Assembly: GCA_965206595.1 (NCBI GenBank)
Contig: OZ242214.1
Span: forward strand, 6,208,001 to 6,272,000
DNA: 64,000 nt
Direction of reading: 5' to 3'
Source of the DNA: Candidatus Latescibacterota bacterium
GTDB taxonomy: Bacteria; Latescibacterota; UBA2968; UBA8231
The number at the start of each line of letters is the position of its first letter. Position 1 is the stretch's first letter. A program made the position numbers and the translations under genes. Below the pieces are notes generated by a model. That model was not told the origin of the DNA. It saw only the letters and a list, made by a program, of their open reading frames with translations, and did no database searches. Shown here piece after piece: positions 52,567 through 63,064 of this stretch.

Positions 52567-54213
52567 CTACCCCCTTGAGAGAGTGATAACGAGAATGACG
52601 ATGGTGGACACCTCGCCGATGACCGCCATCGTCTGGGTGAAGATGGTCCAGTAGTCGCGTACCGGTTTCTCCTTGATCCAGATGCGGTCGCCGGGATCGA
52701 TCACGCGCACGTTCTTGGCCGGCTTGATCTGTCCGGTGCGCGCCTTGATGACGCGCACGTCGTCCGATGCCCGCCAGCCGTACCCGCCGGCGCTCTCGAT
52801 GTAGTCCCACACGGAATAGTCGGGGTTGTAGACGACGGCGCCGGGACTGGTCGCAGCGCCGCTGACTATCACCATCTGCTGAAGGCGCGGTATCGCGATG
52901 ATGTCTCCGGGCAGCAGTGCGATGTCCTGGGATTCGTCCCCCGCCTCGAGGGCGACGAAATCGACGACCATCTCCCCCGGCCTCTCGCGGCTTTTCATGA
53001 TGAAATACTGGTCCTCGTCTTCCGTCCTGTCGGCGGGGGGGATATAGCGGATGCGCTCGAATTCGGGATCCTCGACGACCTCTTCCCGCAGCCTGACCAC
53101 CCTCGCTTCGGACAGGGCCGCCTCGGGGGTGAACCCGCCCGCCAGGGCGATCACCTCGCTCAGGGAGGTGCCGTCTACGTGGACGACGTGGAAACCGGGC
53201 AGCATGACCTCCCCGACGATCTGGACCGTGCTGCGATCGTGGTACCCAGTCAGCCTCCTGAGGACGATCCAGTCGCCGGCCTGCAGCGGCAGGTCGGCCT
53301 CTTCCTGTCCCTGCAGAATCCCCTCGATGTCGATACGGCTCGTGTAGCGGGTCTTGCTGTCCTCGCGATAGCGGAAGAGGAAAGCGTTCTCGGAATCGTG
53401 AGAGGGGGCGGCCCCGAGAGCGAGCGTGAGGAGGTCGCTGATGCGGTCTCCCTCCACGAACTCGAAGAATCCGGGCCGCTGAACCGCCTCGCGGGCGGCG
53501 ATCTGGCCCATCCGCGCAGGGACCAGGACGACATCGCCGTCTTCGATGAACGGGTTGTACCGGGACAGCCCGGTTGCTTCGTACAGGCCCAGATCGACGC
53601 GGCGGGAGGTCATCGACTCGAGCTCCCTCGTATCTCCCTGCTGAGCGCGCTCGCCCAGTTTCACAGCCGAGTCGGCATCGAGCCCGGTCTTGATAACGAG
53701 GATGTTGCGGCTCGAGGCGACGTTGACCAATCCGCCGGCCTTGCGGATCAACTCCCCGACCCGCTCCACGCCGCTGGTCTGACGGATTCCAGGCTCCTTG
53801 ACCATGCCGACCACGGAAACGGGGAACTGGCGGATCTGGCTGAGCTCGACGTGGATCTTGCCCACCCGCACGGTTTGCCGGAAGGCATCGGCAATCGCCT
53901 TGTGCGCCTCCCGCAGCCGCAGTCCGCCGACCTGGACGGCGCCGACCTTCGGGATGAACACCCCGCCCTCGGAAAGCACCACGCTCACGAGCGGCTCTTC
54001 CATGATGCTGGTGTAGATCAGGAATTCGTCCCCGGGCCCTACCAGGTAGTTTCCGTTCGCCAGCACCTCGCGAAAGGCCTCCATGCCGATCGCCACCTCG
54101 GTGGACTGCTCCCCCGGCTCTACGGGGGCCTGTTCCTCCTGCTGGGCGGCGGCTAACGCAGTCAGGGCGAGAAGCCATGCCGAAGCGGCCAACAGGGCAA
54201 AGGACCACCTCAT
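52567..54213 (-). CDS. Polysaccharide export protein with SLBB repeats (Wza/KpsD-like)
   Basis: YLVGPGD; G.VFIPKVG; repeated V.V.G.V..PG and AGG SLBB units; C-terminal amphipathic helix. True start ATG 54213. Confidence 0.85.
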   Translation of the reverse strand: MRWSFALLAASAWLLALTALAAAQQEEQAPVEPGEQSTEVAIGMEAFREVLANGNYLVGPGDEFLIYTSIMEEPLVSVVLSEGGVFIPKVGAVQVGGLRLREAHKAIADAFRQTVRVGKIHVELSQIRQFPVSVVGMVKEPGIRQTSGVERVGELIRKAGGLVNVASSRNILVIKTGLDADSAVKLGERAQQGDTRELESMTSRRVDLGLYEATGLSRYNPFIEDGDVVLVPARMGQIAAREAVQRPGFFEFVEGDRISDLLTLALGAAPSHDSENAFLFRYREDSKTRYTSRIDIEGILQGQEEADLPLQAGDWIVLRRLTGYHDRSTVQIVGEVMLPGFHVVHVDGTSLSEVIALAGGFTPEAALSEARVVRLREEVVEDPEFERIRYIPPADRTEDEDQYFIMKSRERPGEMVVDFVALEAGDESQDIALLPGDIIAIPRLQQMVIVSGAATSPGAVVYNPDYSVWDYIESAGGYGWRASDDVRVIKARTGQIKPAKNVRVIDPGDRIWIKEKPVRDYWTIFTQTMAVIGEVSTIVILVITLSRG

Positions 54214-54750
54214 GGCGCTGTCTCCGGCGATGACCGCCAGCTTTCGTATGCGGTGACTTTCATGCTGCCATCCTCTCCTTTTTCGGCGTACAGGCGAAAT
54301 CCATCGGCGGCGTAGCTGCCGAACACGCCGGTGCCCTCGTCGACGTGAAAGATCGGACCGGTGTCGCTGTCGGCGCCCGAAATTCCGTTCCGTGAGACCT
54401 CGTATTCTCCCTCGAAACGGACCCCGAACCACCAGAAGTCGCTGTGCGTCGAGTCGGCCAACCAGTAGTCGAAGACGCGGTTCTGGGAGAGCTCCCGGCG
54501 CTTCCGGCGCCACTTCCGGCGCCACTTCCGGCCTTGCTCCAGTCCTCGCGGTCGATCTCGTCCCAGTCTTCCTGCTCCCGGTCCCGCAGCCAGGATCCCG
54601 CCGCTGTCGCCGCGCACCATGGAGATGTTTTCCCCCAGGAAATCTCTCAGCCTCCGGATCTCGCGATCCAGCGCCGCCAGCGAATCGGCATCGACCTGCC
54701 CGGAGAGGGGTTCGCGCAGGGCGACCAGCGAGTCGAGGTCAGCGGCTCGG
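54210..54750 (-). pseudogene. 3' remnant of a DUF4249-like lipoprotein gene
   Basis: No signal peptide or start; ends GPIFHVDEGTGVFGSYAAD; stop overlaps the SLBB ATG; protein-like text switches frame internally. Confidence 0.5.
54501..54532. repeat. 12-bp tandem repeat CTTCCGGCGCCA x2.7
   Basis: Copies at 54501, 54513 and 54525 (partial); reads RKWRRKWRRK on the minus strand. Confidence 0.85.
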
Positions 54751-55489
54751 CGGTGAACCGCTCCTTGTTGCCCTCGTCGGTGATGACGTTGAGCACCGAC
54801 GAGAGGCGGCCGCCGTACCTGGCGGGGTAGCCGCCGCGCAGCAGCTCGGTGCTCTTGGCAGCGTCGACGGGAATGGTGCTGAAGAGCCCGAACATGTGGG
54901 AGGCGTTGTAGACCTCGGAGCCGTCGAGGAGGACGAGGTTCTGATCCGGGGTGCCGCCGCGGACGTAGAGGCCGACCGAGAAGTCGGACAGGCTGGCCAC
55001 GCCGGGCAGGGTCTGTATCGTGCGGATCGGATCCGCCGAAAGCGCTGCGGGTGCCGTCTTGAGCTCGCGGACCTGCAGCGTCGTCCGGCCCGGGGAGATG
55101 TCGAAGCTCTCGACCTTTTGCCGCCCTGCCTCCACTACCGTCTCCTCGACCTCGATGGCCCTTTTCTCCATGCGGACTTCGACGACGATGTCGCCATCGG
55201 CGATCTCGAGCTCCCGCGTTTCGGTCCGGTAGCCGATGATGGAGGCGACGAGGGTGTAGCGTCCCGGGGGGACGCCAGCGATGGTGTAGTACCCGCTCTC
55301 GTTCGAGATGCTGCCCCAGTTGAGGCTTTCGAGGTAGACTGTGGCGAACGGCTGGCTTTCGCCGTCACTGGCGTCGCGAACGAAGCCGCTGATGTCGGCC
55401 GCTTCGGCGGTTCCCGTCCCGGCGGCGAAGGCAGCCTGAAGCAGGGCAGCGGGGAGGGGGGCGCTGGACGCGCGCAGGAACCTCCGCAA
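54647..55489 (-). pseudogene. Truncated TonB-dependent receptor (N-terminal domain and plug only)
   Basis: ISGFVRDASDGE; DPIRTIQTLPGV; LYVRGGTPDQNLVLLDG; GGYPARYGGRLSSVLNV. Similarity ends at GNKERF; no barrel follows. Confidence 0.8.
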
Positions 55490-55492
55490 GGA

Positions 55493-56017
<525 letters not shown>

Positions 56018-56074
56018 GCACGGTGCGTAGCGGCGCCGTGGCGATCGACGCCGTCCCGGTGCGGCGGCCGGGGT

Positions 56075-57079
56075 TCAACGGTTCGCATACTGCTTCTCGT
56101 AGTAAGCCCGGTATTCTTCCCCGGACTTGATCCGCCGCCACCAGGCCTCGTTGCGGACGTACCAGTCCACGGTGGCGCTCATGGAGGTGGCCAGGTCGCG
56201 CCGCGGCTTCCAGCCCAGGGCGGCGATCTTGGAGGAGTCGAGGGCGTAGCGGTAGTCGTGCCCGCTGCGGTCCCTGACGAACTGGATGAGGGCTTCGGGC
56301 TTGCCGAGCTGCTCGAGAATCGCGTGCGCGACCTCGAGGCCGTTCGACTCGTTCTCCCCTCCGACGTTGTAGACCTCGCCCACCTGCCCTTCGCGCAGCA
56401 CCAGGTCGATGGCTTCGCAGTGATCCTCGACGTGGAGGTGATCGCGCACCTGACTGCCGTCGCCGTAGACCGGCAGCGGCCGGTCGTCGATGGCGTTGGT
56501 GATGTAGAGCGGGACCCGTTTCTCCGGGTACTGGCAGGGGCCGATGTTGTTCGACGCCCGTGTGATCACCGCGGGCAGGCCGTGGTTGAGGTGGTATGCC
56601 CGCACCATGATGTCGGCGCTCGCCTTGCTGGCCGAGTAGGGATTGCGCGGGTCGATGGGGGACTCTTCGGTCCAGGCCCCCTCCTCGAGGCTGCCGTAGA
56701 CCTCGTCGGTGCTGACTTGGAGATAGCGTTCGATCCCGCAGCGGTTGGCCGCTTCGAGCAGCACCGCGGTCCCGTAGACGTTGGTGCGCACGAACTCGGC
56801 GCCGCCGAGCAGGGAGCGGTCGACGTGGCTCTCCGCGGCGAAATGGACGACGGCGTCCGCTTCCTCCACGAGGGGGTCGACGGCCTGCGGATCGCAGACG
56901 TCTCCGCGCACGAACCGGTAGCGCGGATCTCCCTCGACATCGGCGAGGTTCTCCGGGTTACCGGCGTAGGTCAGCTTGTCGAGGTTGGTCACCGTGCAGG
57001 CAGGGTGCCGGGCGAGCAGGTAGCGCACGAAATTGCTGCCGATGAAACCGCATCCCCCGGTGACGAGTATTCTCTTCAT
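56075..57079 (-). CDS. rfbB: dTDP-glucose 4,6-dehydratase
   Basis: TGGCGFIGSN, DKLTYAGN, AAESHVDRS, STDEVYG, YSASKA. Confidence 0.95.
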   Translation of the reverse strand: MKRILVTGGCGFIGSNFVRYLLARHPACTVTNLDKLTYAGNPENLADVEGDPRYRFVRGDVCDPQAVDPLVEEADAVVHFAAESHVDRSLLGGAEFVRTNVYGTAVLLEAANRCGIERYLQVSTDEVYGSLEEGAWTEESPIDPRNPYSASKASADIMVRAYHLNHGLPAVITRASNNIGPCQYPEKRVPLYITNAIDDRPLPVYGDGSQVRDHLHVEDHCEAIDLVLREGQVGEVYNVGGENESNGLEVAHAILEQLGKPEALIQFVRDRSGHDYRYALDSSKIAALGWKPRRDLATSMSATVDWYVRNEAWWRRIKSGEEYRAYYEKQYANR

Positions 57080-57083
57080 CGCC

Positions 57084-58457
57084 TCAGGTTCGCAGCGGCA
57101 CGAAACGGACCGGGGAGGTCCAGTCCGGCTCTTCTCCCGCCTCGCCGGGGGTCCGGGGACGGCGCCCGACGCTGACGTACTCGAAGCCGAGCTCTCCCAT
57201 GCGCCGCGGCTCGTAGACGTTGCGACAGTCGAGGAACTTCGCCGTGCGCAAGGCCTCCCGCAGGCGCGGCAGGTCGATGTTGCGGAACTCGTTCCACTCG
57301 GTCAGCAGGGCGATGGCGTCGCACCCCTCGGCAGCCGAATAGGGGTCTTCGAAACAGTGGATCTCGGGAAATTGCGCCTGCGCGCGTTCGTTGGCGGCCG
57401 GGTCGCAGGCGCGCACCGAGGCTCCTCCCGCCAGCAGCGCCGCGATCATGTCGAGGGAGGGGGCTTCGCGGATGTCGTCGGTGTCGGGCTTGAACGACAG
57501 CCCGAGGAGGCAGACCGACTTGCCATGGAAAGGGCCGATGAGGTCGGCGAGCTTGGAGATCATGCGCCGCCGCTGCAGCGTGTTGCTGCCGTCGATCGCC
57601 TCGATGAGCGGGGCCTCGACCCCTCCCTTGCGTGCGGTGGCGGCCAGCCCGGTGACGTCCTTGGGAAAGCAGCTGCCGCCGTACCCGGCGCCGGCGTTGA
57701 GGTAGCGGTGCCCGATGCGCTCGTCGAACCCCATGCCCCGGGCCACCGATGAGACGTCGGCGCCGTAGGCCTCGCAGATGTTGGCGATTTCGTTGATGAA
57801 GGAAATCTTGGCGGCGAGCAGTGCGTTCGACGCATACTTGATCATCTCCGCCGACTCGACGTCGGTCAGCACCATCGGGATGTCCCGCTCGTACAGCGGG
57901 TTGTACACGTCGAGGATCGCCTCCATGGCGCGGCGGCTCGTCGCCCCGATGACCAGCCGGTCCGGGTGCAGGAAGTCGTCGATCGCCGAACCCTCGCGCA
58001 GGAACTCGGGATTGGACACGACGTCGAAGTCCTGGTCCGGTCGCACCCTGCGGATCACCTCGCCTACGTCGACCCCGGTGCCGACCGGAACCGTCGATTT
58101 GTTGACGATGATCTTGTAGTCCTCCATGAAGGTGCCGATGGTCTCGGCGGCCGCGGTGACGTAGGAGATGTCGACGTCCCCCGTAGGAAGCGGCGGCGTG
58201 CCGACGCAGATGAAGATGATCTCCGATGTCTTGACGGCGAAGGCGACCTCGGTCGAGAAAGTCAGGCGGCCGCGGCTGACGTTGCGGGAGACCAGCTCGT
58301 CCAGTCCCGGTTCATAAATGGGGGATTCTCCGGCCTTGAGCCGGGAGATCCGCTCCTCGTCGATGTCGACGCAGACAACGGCGTTGCCGAAGTCGGCGAG
58401 ACAGGAGCCGGTGACGAGGCCGACGTAGCCCGTCCCCACTACGCAGACGCGCCTCAA
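57084..58457 (-). CDS. ugd: UDP-glucose 6-dehydrogenase
   Basis: GTGYVGL, KSTVPVGT, SNPEFLREG, GYGGSCFPKD, FKPDTDDIRE. Confidence 0.94.
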   Translation of the reverse strand: MRRVCVVGTGYVGLVTGSCLADFGNAVVCVDIDEERISRLKAGESPIYEPGLDELVSRNVSRGRLTFSTEVAFAVKTSEIIFICVGTPPLPTGDVDISYVTAAAETIGTFMEDYKIIVNKSTVPVGTGVDVGEVIRRVRPDQDFDVVSNPEFLREGSAIDDFLHPDRLVIGATSRRAMEAILDVYNPLYERDIPMVLTDVESAEMIKYASNALLAAKISFINEIANICEAYGADVSSVARGMGFDERIGHRYLNAGAGYGGSCFPKDVTGLAATARKGGVEAPLIEAIDGSNTLQRRRMISKLADLIGPFHGKSVCLLGLSFKPDTDDIREAPSLDMIAALLAGGASVRACDPAANERAQAQFPEIHCFEDPYSAAEGCDAIALLTEWNEFRNIDLPRLREALRTAKFLDCRNVYEPRRMGELGFEYVSVGRRPRTPGEAGEEPDWTSPVRFVPLRT

Positions 58458-58722
58458 TGATTTCCGCTCCGGTTGTTCAAAAGGGTAGGTCGTACCTGGC
58501 GGGACGGCGCCGCGAAGTGCCCCTCATCAACCTGCGAGCGGCGCCGCCGAATTCGAGCATCTATTTGTTAAAGAAAGAGTTAGCAGGCCATTTACCTTAG
58601 GTGTCGCGATACCGGATGTCAAACGGCTGCGGGCCCTTCTCGCTCGCCCCGCTCGGGCGCCGGTCCGTGGCCGCGGGCGCGGAAAAACAGGGGCTTTTTC
58701 GACCGAACTTTCAGGCCGCAGT

Positions 58723-60522
58723 TCAATTGTCGTCCTCGCGTTCGGAGAGCAGATCGCCGCGCTGCAGGCGCTCGGCGTTTTCCGTCGACCAGAGGATCCC
58801 CTTCATCAGCTTTTGCGCCGTGATGTAGCGTGTGGCCGCCAGCATGTGCATCCGCTTCTCCTCCTCGTCCCCGCTCAGGTCGAAGTGGCGGAAGGCGACC
58901 TCCAGGACTTGGAACATGTGCAGCTCGGCGTCCTCGCGCAGGAGGATGTGGCCCAGCGTATGGCGCAGGCGGGTGAGGTCGTGTCCTTCCTCCAGGTACT
59001 GGTTCACCAGCACCTCGGCCTCGAAGACCTTCTGGAAGTCGGCGAACTCCTGCAGCCGCTCGAGCATCGCTTCGGGGCCGTCGAAGGATTCCGCCAGTCG
59101 CTGTCCGGGGCGCGGCAGACGCGCCGCCGGCATGTTGAGCCAGCGCAGGTAGGTCAGGAAGACGGCGCCGTGGAAGAGTCCGCGCAGCAGCTCCCTGCGG
59201 GGGGCGAGGTGAAAGGCGCGGTAGAGGCCGTGGGCATAGGAGTAGATGTTGGCGACGTCGTGCCAGTCCCCCTCGTTCTTGAGGTGGAAACGGGCGACGC
59301 GGATGGCCCCGGCGTAGGTCATGGCGCGGCACAGGTCGCGCGGATCGACCCCCGCACGCAGGCGCGCTTCGATCTCGGCGAGGATCGGCTCGAAGTCGTC
59401 GCCGAGCATGACCTGGGCGAAAGCGGATATGTCGAGCGCGGCTTCGTTCTCCTGGTTCTCCTTCCAGATGTCGTCGAGGCGGGTGAAGATCTCCTCGAGG
59501 ACGGGGACGCTGTCCGACCAGCGCGAGGTCTCTTCGTGCCGCGTGCGGCCGACCAGGTCGACGACGATGGGGCGCAGGATTTCGTGGGCACCTTCCCATT
59601 CGACGTAGTCGAGGGCCTCGAACATCTTGTTGGCGAAGTCGAGGGCGTGGCCGTCCCCGGTGAAGTAGAAATCGGTGGCGGTGGTGAAGACCAGGTCGGC
59701 GAGCACCTCGGCCGGGTAGCCCCTGTCGTGCAGGGTGAGGAGGATGCGCTCGGCCGGCCCGCGGTCGCGTTGGTCGATGTAGCGGCGGAACCAGCGGCGC
59801 ATGGTCTCGAGGTCGGGGTCCCGGCTGGCGGGCGGAAAGGGGAAACGCTGCCGCCGCGAGCTCCCCGAGGTGCGGTTGGCGATCTGGCTGAGGCCGTGGA
59901 CGAGAAAGAGGTTCCGGTCCCCGGGGTCGATGTCCTCCCACAGGTTGGCCGCCAGGGTCAGGATGGTCACCCCGGAGGACCAGCCCTCGCTGGTCTTGTG
60001 TGTCCCGTAGAGGAGGCCCTGCTGGATGATCTCGCGCGGCGGAGCCCCGGCCTGGCGCAGGGCGGTCACCGCCTTGGCGATGAGGAAGGAGCTGCGGTCC
60101 TTGAGTCCCTGTTCCAGCGCCCTCTTGCCCCTTTCGATGAGGCGGCGAGCCGCGGCCTCGCGCTCGTCCGCGGCCAGGCCGACGTAGAGGCAGGCGTCCT
60201 GGCGCTCCTCGACCGGGAAGGTCTTCAGGTCGTCCCCCGACGTGAGGAAGCAGCCGCCGGTGTTCAGGTCGAACTCCCAGTGGTGCCAGTGGCAGATGAG
60301 GACGCCGTCGCGGATGCTGCCCTTGGACATCGGGTAGCCCATGTGGGGGCAGCGGTTGTCGACCGCGTGAAAGCCGCCCTCGTAGCGGAAGAGGGCGAGG
60401 TGGGTGCCGTTGACACTGAAGGGGCGGCTTTCCCCTTCGACGATGTCCGCGGCGGCGCACAGGCGGTGGTACACCAGAGGGGCGGCAGGGGAAGTATCGT
60501 TCGGGCGGGTGGCCTGACTCAT
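58723..60522 (-). CDS. Rieske [2Fe-2S] domain fused to an uncharacterised ~480-aa helical domain
   Basis: NRCPHMG...CHWHHWEFDL; GAGGAGG RBS before ATG 60522. Confidence 0.85.
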   Translation of the reverse strand: MSQATRPNDTSPAAPLVYHRLCAAADIVEGESRPFSVNGTHLALFRYEGGFHAVDNRCPHMGYPMSKGSIRDGVLICHWHHWEFDLNTGGCFLTSGDDLKTFPVEERQDACLYVGLAADEREAAARRLIERGKRALEQGLKDRSSFLIAKAVTALRQAGAPPREIIQQGLLYGTHKTSEGWSSGVTILTLAANLWEDIDPGDRNLFLVHGLSQIANRTSGSSRRQRFPFPPASRDPDLETMRRWFRRYIDQRDRGPAERILLTLHDRGYPAEVLADLVFTTATDFYFTGDGHALDFANKMFEALDYVEWEGAHEILRPIVVDLVGRTRHEETSRWSDSVPVLEEIFTRLDDIWKENQENEAALDISAFAQVMLGDDFEPILAEIEARLRAGVDPRDLCRAMTYAGAIRVARFHLKNEGDWHDVANIYSYAHGLYRAFHLAPRRELLRGLFHGAVFLTYLRWLNMPAARLPRPGQRLAESFDGPEAMLERLQEFADFQKVFEAEVLVNQYLEEGHDLTRLRHTLGHILLREDAELHMFQVLEVAFRHFDLSGDEEEKRMHMLAATRYITAQKLMKGILWSTENAERLQRGDLLSEREDDN

Positions 60523-60812
60523 GGTCAGCCTCCTCGGCGTGAAGGTGGGTCGGGTTGGGGGACTTCCGGTCCGGTTGCTCCCCGGCGGGAACAGTAGGCA
60601 AGTAACGTTTTGCGCTCCCGTTTGCAAGGGGTCGGGATCCCGGGAAACCCCTCCCCGGTTCGGATGGAGGGGGTCCGCCGGGACGCCGCTATCACTTTTC
60701 GTCTTGATCCATCCCGGATGCCGCCCTTATTTGCCATCCGCCGGCCCCATCCAAAAAGAACACCCAGGAACCGCCCGCGTTCCCGGACCTTCCTCGACAG
60801 GCGGGATCCCCC

Positions 60813-61805
60813 ATGAACGCTTCCTCCAAGGACCTGATCATCGGCGTTGCCGCATGCGCCCTCATCGTTTTTTTCTTCGCCAGCGCCGAGTTCATCGAGC
60901 TCTTCTTCGATTTTACGCGCCAGTACGAGGAATGGAACCTCGATGAGGCGATTGCCGCGGTGCCCGCCCTGGCGTTGGTGAGCGCCTGGTTCGCCGGGCG
61001 GCGTTGGCGCGAGGTCCGCCGTCTGAACGGGGAGCTGGAGGAGACGGTGGCGCAGCTCGAGGAGGCGATCGCGCAGCGCCGCGACATGGAAGACCAACTC
61101 GGGGAAGCGTACAAGATGGCCGCCATGGGCGCGCTTACAGGCGGGCTCGCCCACGAGTTCAACAACGTGCTGCAGCCGATCGTCACCCTCGCCCAGCTGA
61201 GCCTCGACCGCGACGGGACGGAAGAACAGCAGGCCCGGATCCGGAATATCCTCAAGGCGGCCGAGCACGGCTGCGAGATCGTCAAGGGGACCCTGGCCTT
61301 TCCCGCAGGCGGAACCCAGGAAACGCACGACATGGTCCCGGCCGAGGAGGTCGCCGGCTTCGTCGAGCAGGCGAGGGGCCGTCTCGGCGATGTCGAGATC
61401 GACACCCGCATCGCCGCCGGCTCCGGAGCCATCCGCGTCAACAGGGGGGAGTTCAACCAGGTGATGACCAACCTGGTCGGGAACGCGGCCGAGGCGATGG
61501 ACAACCGGGGCAAGATCGAGATCGGCCTCGGGTCGCGCACCCTCGATGCCGAGGCCGCGCGCGCGAAGGGTCTGGCAGCCGGCAGGTACGTCCGCGTGAC
61601 CGTGGCCGACAACGGCCCGGGCATGGCCTCCGAGGTGAGGGACCAGATCTTCGATCCCTTCTTCACCACCAGGGAGGCGGGAGAAGGGACGGGGCTCGTC
61701 TACAGCCTGGTGCAGGGATGGAACGGCAGGATCTCCGTGTACTCGTCCCCCCGGAACGGGGCGGCGTTCGAAATACTGATCCCGAGGCTGGGACCAGGGG
61801 CCTGA
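60813..61805 (+). CDS. Membrane sensor histidine kinase (G2 box apparently deleted)
   Basis: 2 TM; GGLAHEFNNVL; NLVGNA; DNGPGM; FDPFFTT; GEGTGLVYSLV lacks the usual GLGLS. Confidence 0.8.
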   Translation: MNASSKDLIIGVAACALIVFFFASAEFIELFFDFTRQYEEWNLDEAIAAVPALALVSAWFAGRRWREVRRLNGELEETVAQLEEAIAQRRDMEDQLGEAYKMAAMGALTGGLAHEFNNVLQPIVTLAQLSLDRDGTEEQQARIRNILKAAEHGCEIVKGTLAFPAGGTQETHDMVPAEEVAGFVEQARGRLGDVEIDTRIAAGSGAIRVNRGEFNQVMTNLVGNAAEAMDNRGKIEIGLGSRTLDAEAARAKGLAAGRYVRVTVADNGPGMASEVRDQIFDPFFTTREAGEGTGLVYSLVQGWNGRISVYSSPRNGAAFEILIPRLGPGA

Positions 61806-61808
61806 ACG

Positions 61809-62206
61809 ATGGCGGCCATACTGCTCGCCGCCGCCGACGCGGGAGTGCTCTTCGCGCTGGGGATGCTGCTGCGGGAGGCAGGCCACGAGGTGCTCGAGGC
61901 GGACCGCTGCCAAACCGTCCTGGAGACCGCGGCGCGCACCAGGCGGAACTCGCCGTGATCGATGTCAACATGGCGGGTATGAGCGGTGTCGAGCTGATCG
62001 AGGAGCTGCGCAAAACCCGTCCCGGAGCCGAAAATCGCCATGACAGCGGCGGCATGCACCAGACACCGGAGCTGGCCGCGACTCTCGCCGCGAATGCCGG
62101 GGCGGACAGGGTGCTGCAGAAGCCGTTCGCAAACGACGCGCTGCTGGCGGAAGTCGGGGCCCTGCTTCCCGAAATCGGTTTTTCCAATCCGGAGAGGGTC
62201 TCGTGA
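61809..62206 (+). pseudogene. Frameshifted single-domain response regulator
   Basis: First frame MAAILLAAADAG...GHEVLEA stops at 61958; second frame continues VIDVNMAGMSGVELI...GADRVLQKPF. The acidic pair after strand 1 is lost. Confidence 0.8.
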
Positions 62207-63016
62207 ATTCGGAAAATCAGTATGACGCCATCGCCGAAGCCTACAAGGAGTCGAAACAACTGCCCTTCCGGGAATTCGTCGAAGCCTATTCTCTATTCGA
62301 GATCCTGGGAGATATTCACGGGGCGACGGTTCTCGACCTGGCTTGCGGCGACGGCTTCTACACGCGCAGGATCAAGCAGGCCGGAGCCCTGGAAGTCACC
62401 GGCCTCGATCTTTCCGGGGAGATGATCAGCCTGGCCGAACAGGAAGAACGGGCCCGGCCCCTGGGCTGCAGGTATCTGCAAGGGGACGCGGCCGGTCTCG
62501 AGTTGTCGGGGCAGGTCGATCTCGTGGTGGCGATGTACCTTCTGAACTATGCCAGGGCCAGGGAAGAGCTTCTCAGGTTTGTCGAGGTGGCTTACGCCTG
62601 CCTGCGGCCTGGGGGACGATTCGTCGGCTTCAACGACAATGTCCGGCAGGTTCCCAGGGGAACCGTTTCCTATGCCCGGTACGGATTTGCAAAAGAGTGC
62701 ACCGACTCCCCCCGGGAAGGGGATGTCATCCTGTACAAAATGACACAGAAGGACGGCACGACGTTCGAATTCAAGAAATACTTATGAATTCAAGAAATAC
62801 TATCTAAAACCAGAGACGTATCGCTGGGCCTTCGGCCGAGCCGGGTTTCTGGATTTTGAATGGGCGGGCCCCTATCTGCACCCCGCCCAGCGCCAGAATC
62901 GAAACTGGCATGAATTCATGACCCGTCCTCCGGTCATCGGCTTCAAAACGGTAAAACCGCAGGATGTCGAGGAACCCCGAGGGGAGATGGGGGATCTTCA
63001 TGGACTGCAGGAATGA
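62203..63016 (+). pseudogene. Class I SAM methyltransferase interrupted by a 19-bp duplication
   Basis: VLDLACGDG, GLDLS..MI, YLLNYA, LRPGG. Stop at 62787; the natural C-terminus (EFKKYYLKPETYRWAF..AGF..FEW) continues in another frame to TGA 63016. Confidence 0.8.
62767..62801. repeat. Direct repeat GAATTCAAGAAATACT x2 (period 19)
   Basis: Copies at 62767-62782 and 62786-62801. Confidence 0.92.
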
Positions 63017-63064
63017 CACAAGGCCTGACCGGAAACCATCCGGATCGCGAGGAGAAAGCCTGAG

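Noticed and set aside
52567-54525. N-terminal extension of the SLBB protein with APEV repeats
   Set aside because: The signal peptide starts at 54213; the upstream part is off-frame pseudogene sequence containing the 12-bp repeat.
54501-54532. Possible CRISPR or mobile-element repeat
   Set aside because: Only 2.7 adjacent 12-bp units with no spacers; no cas or transposase genes in the window.
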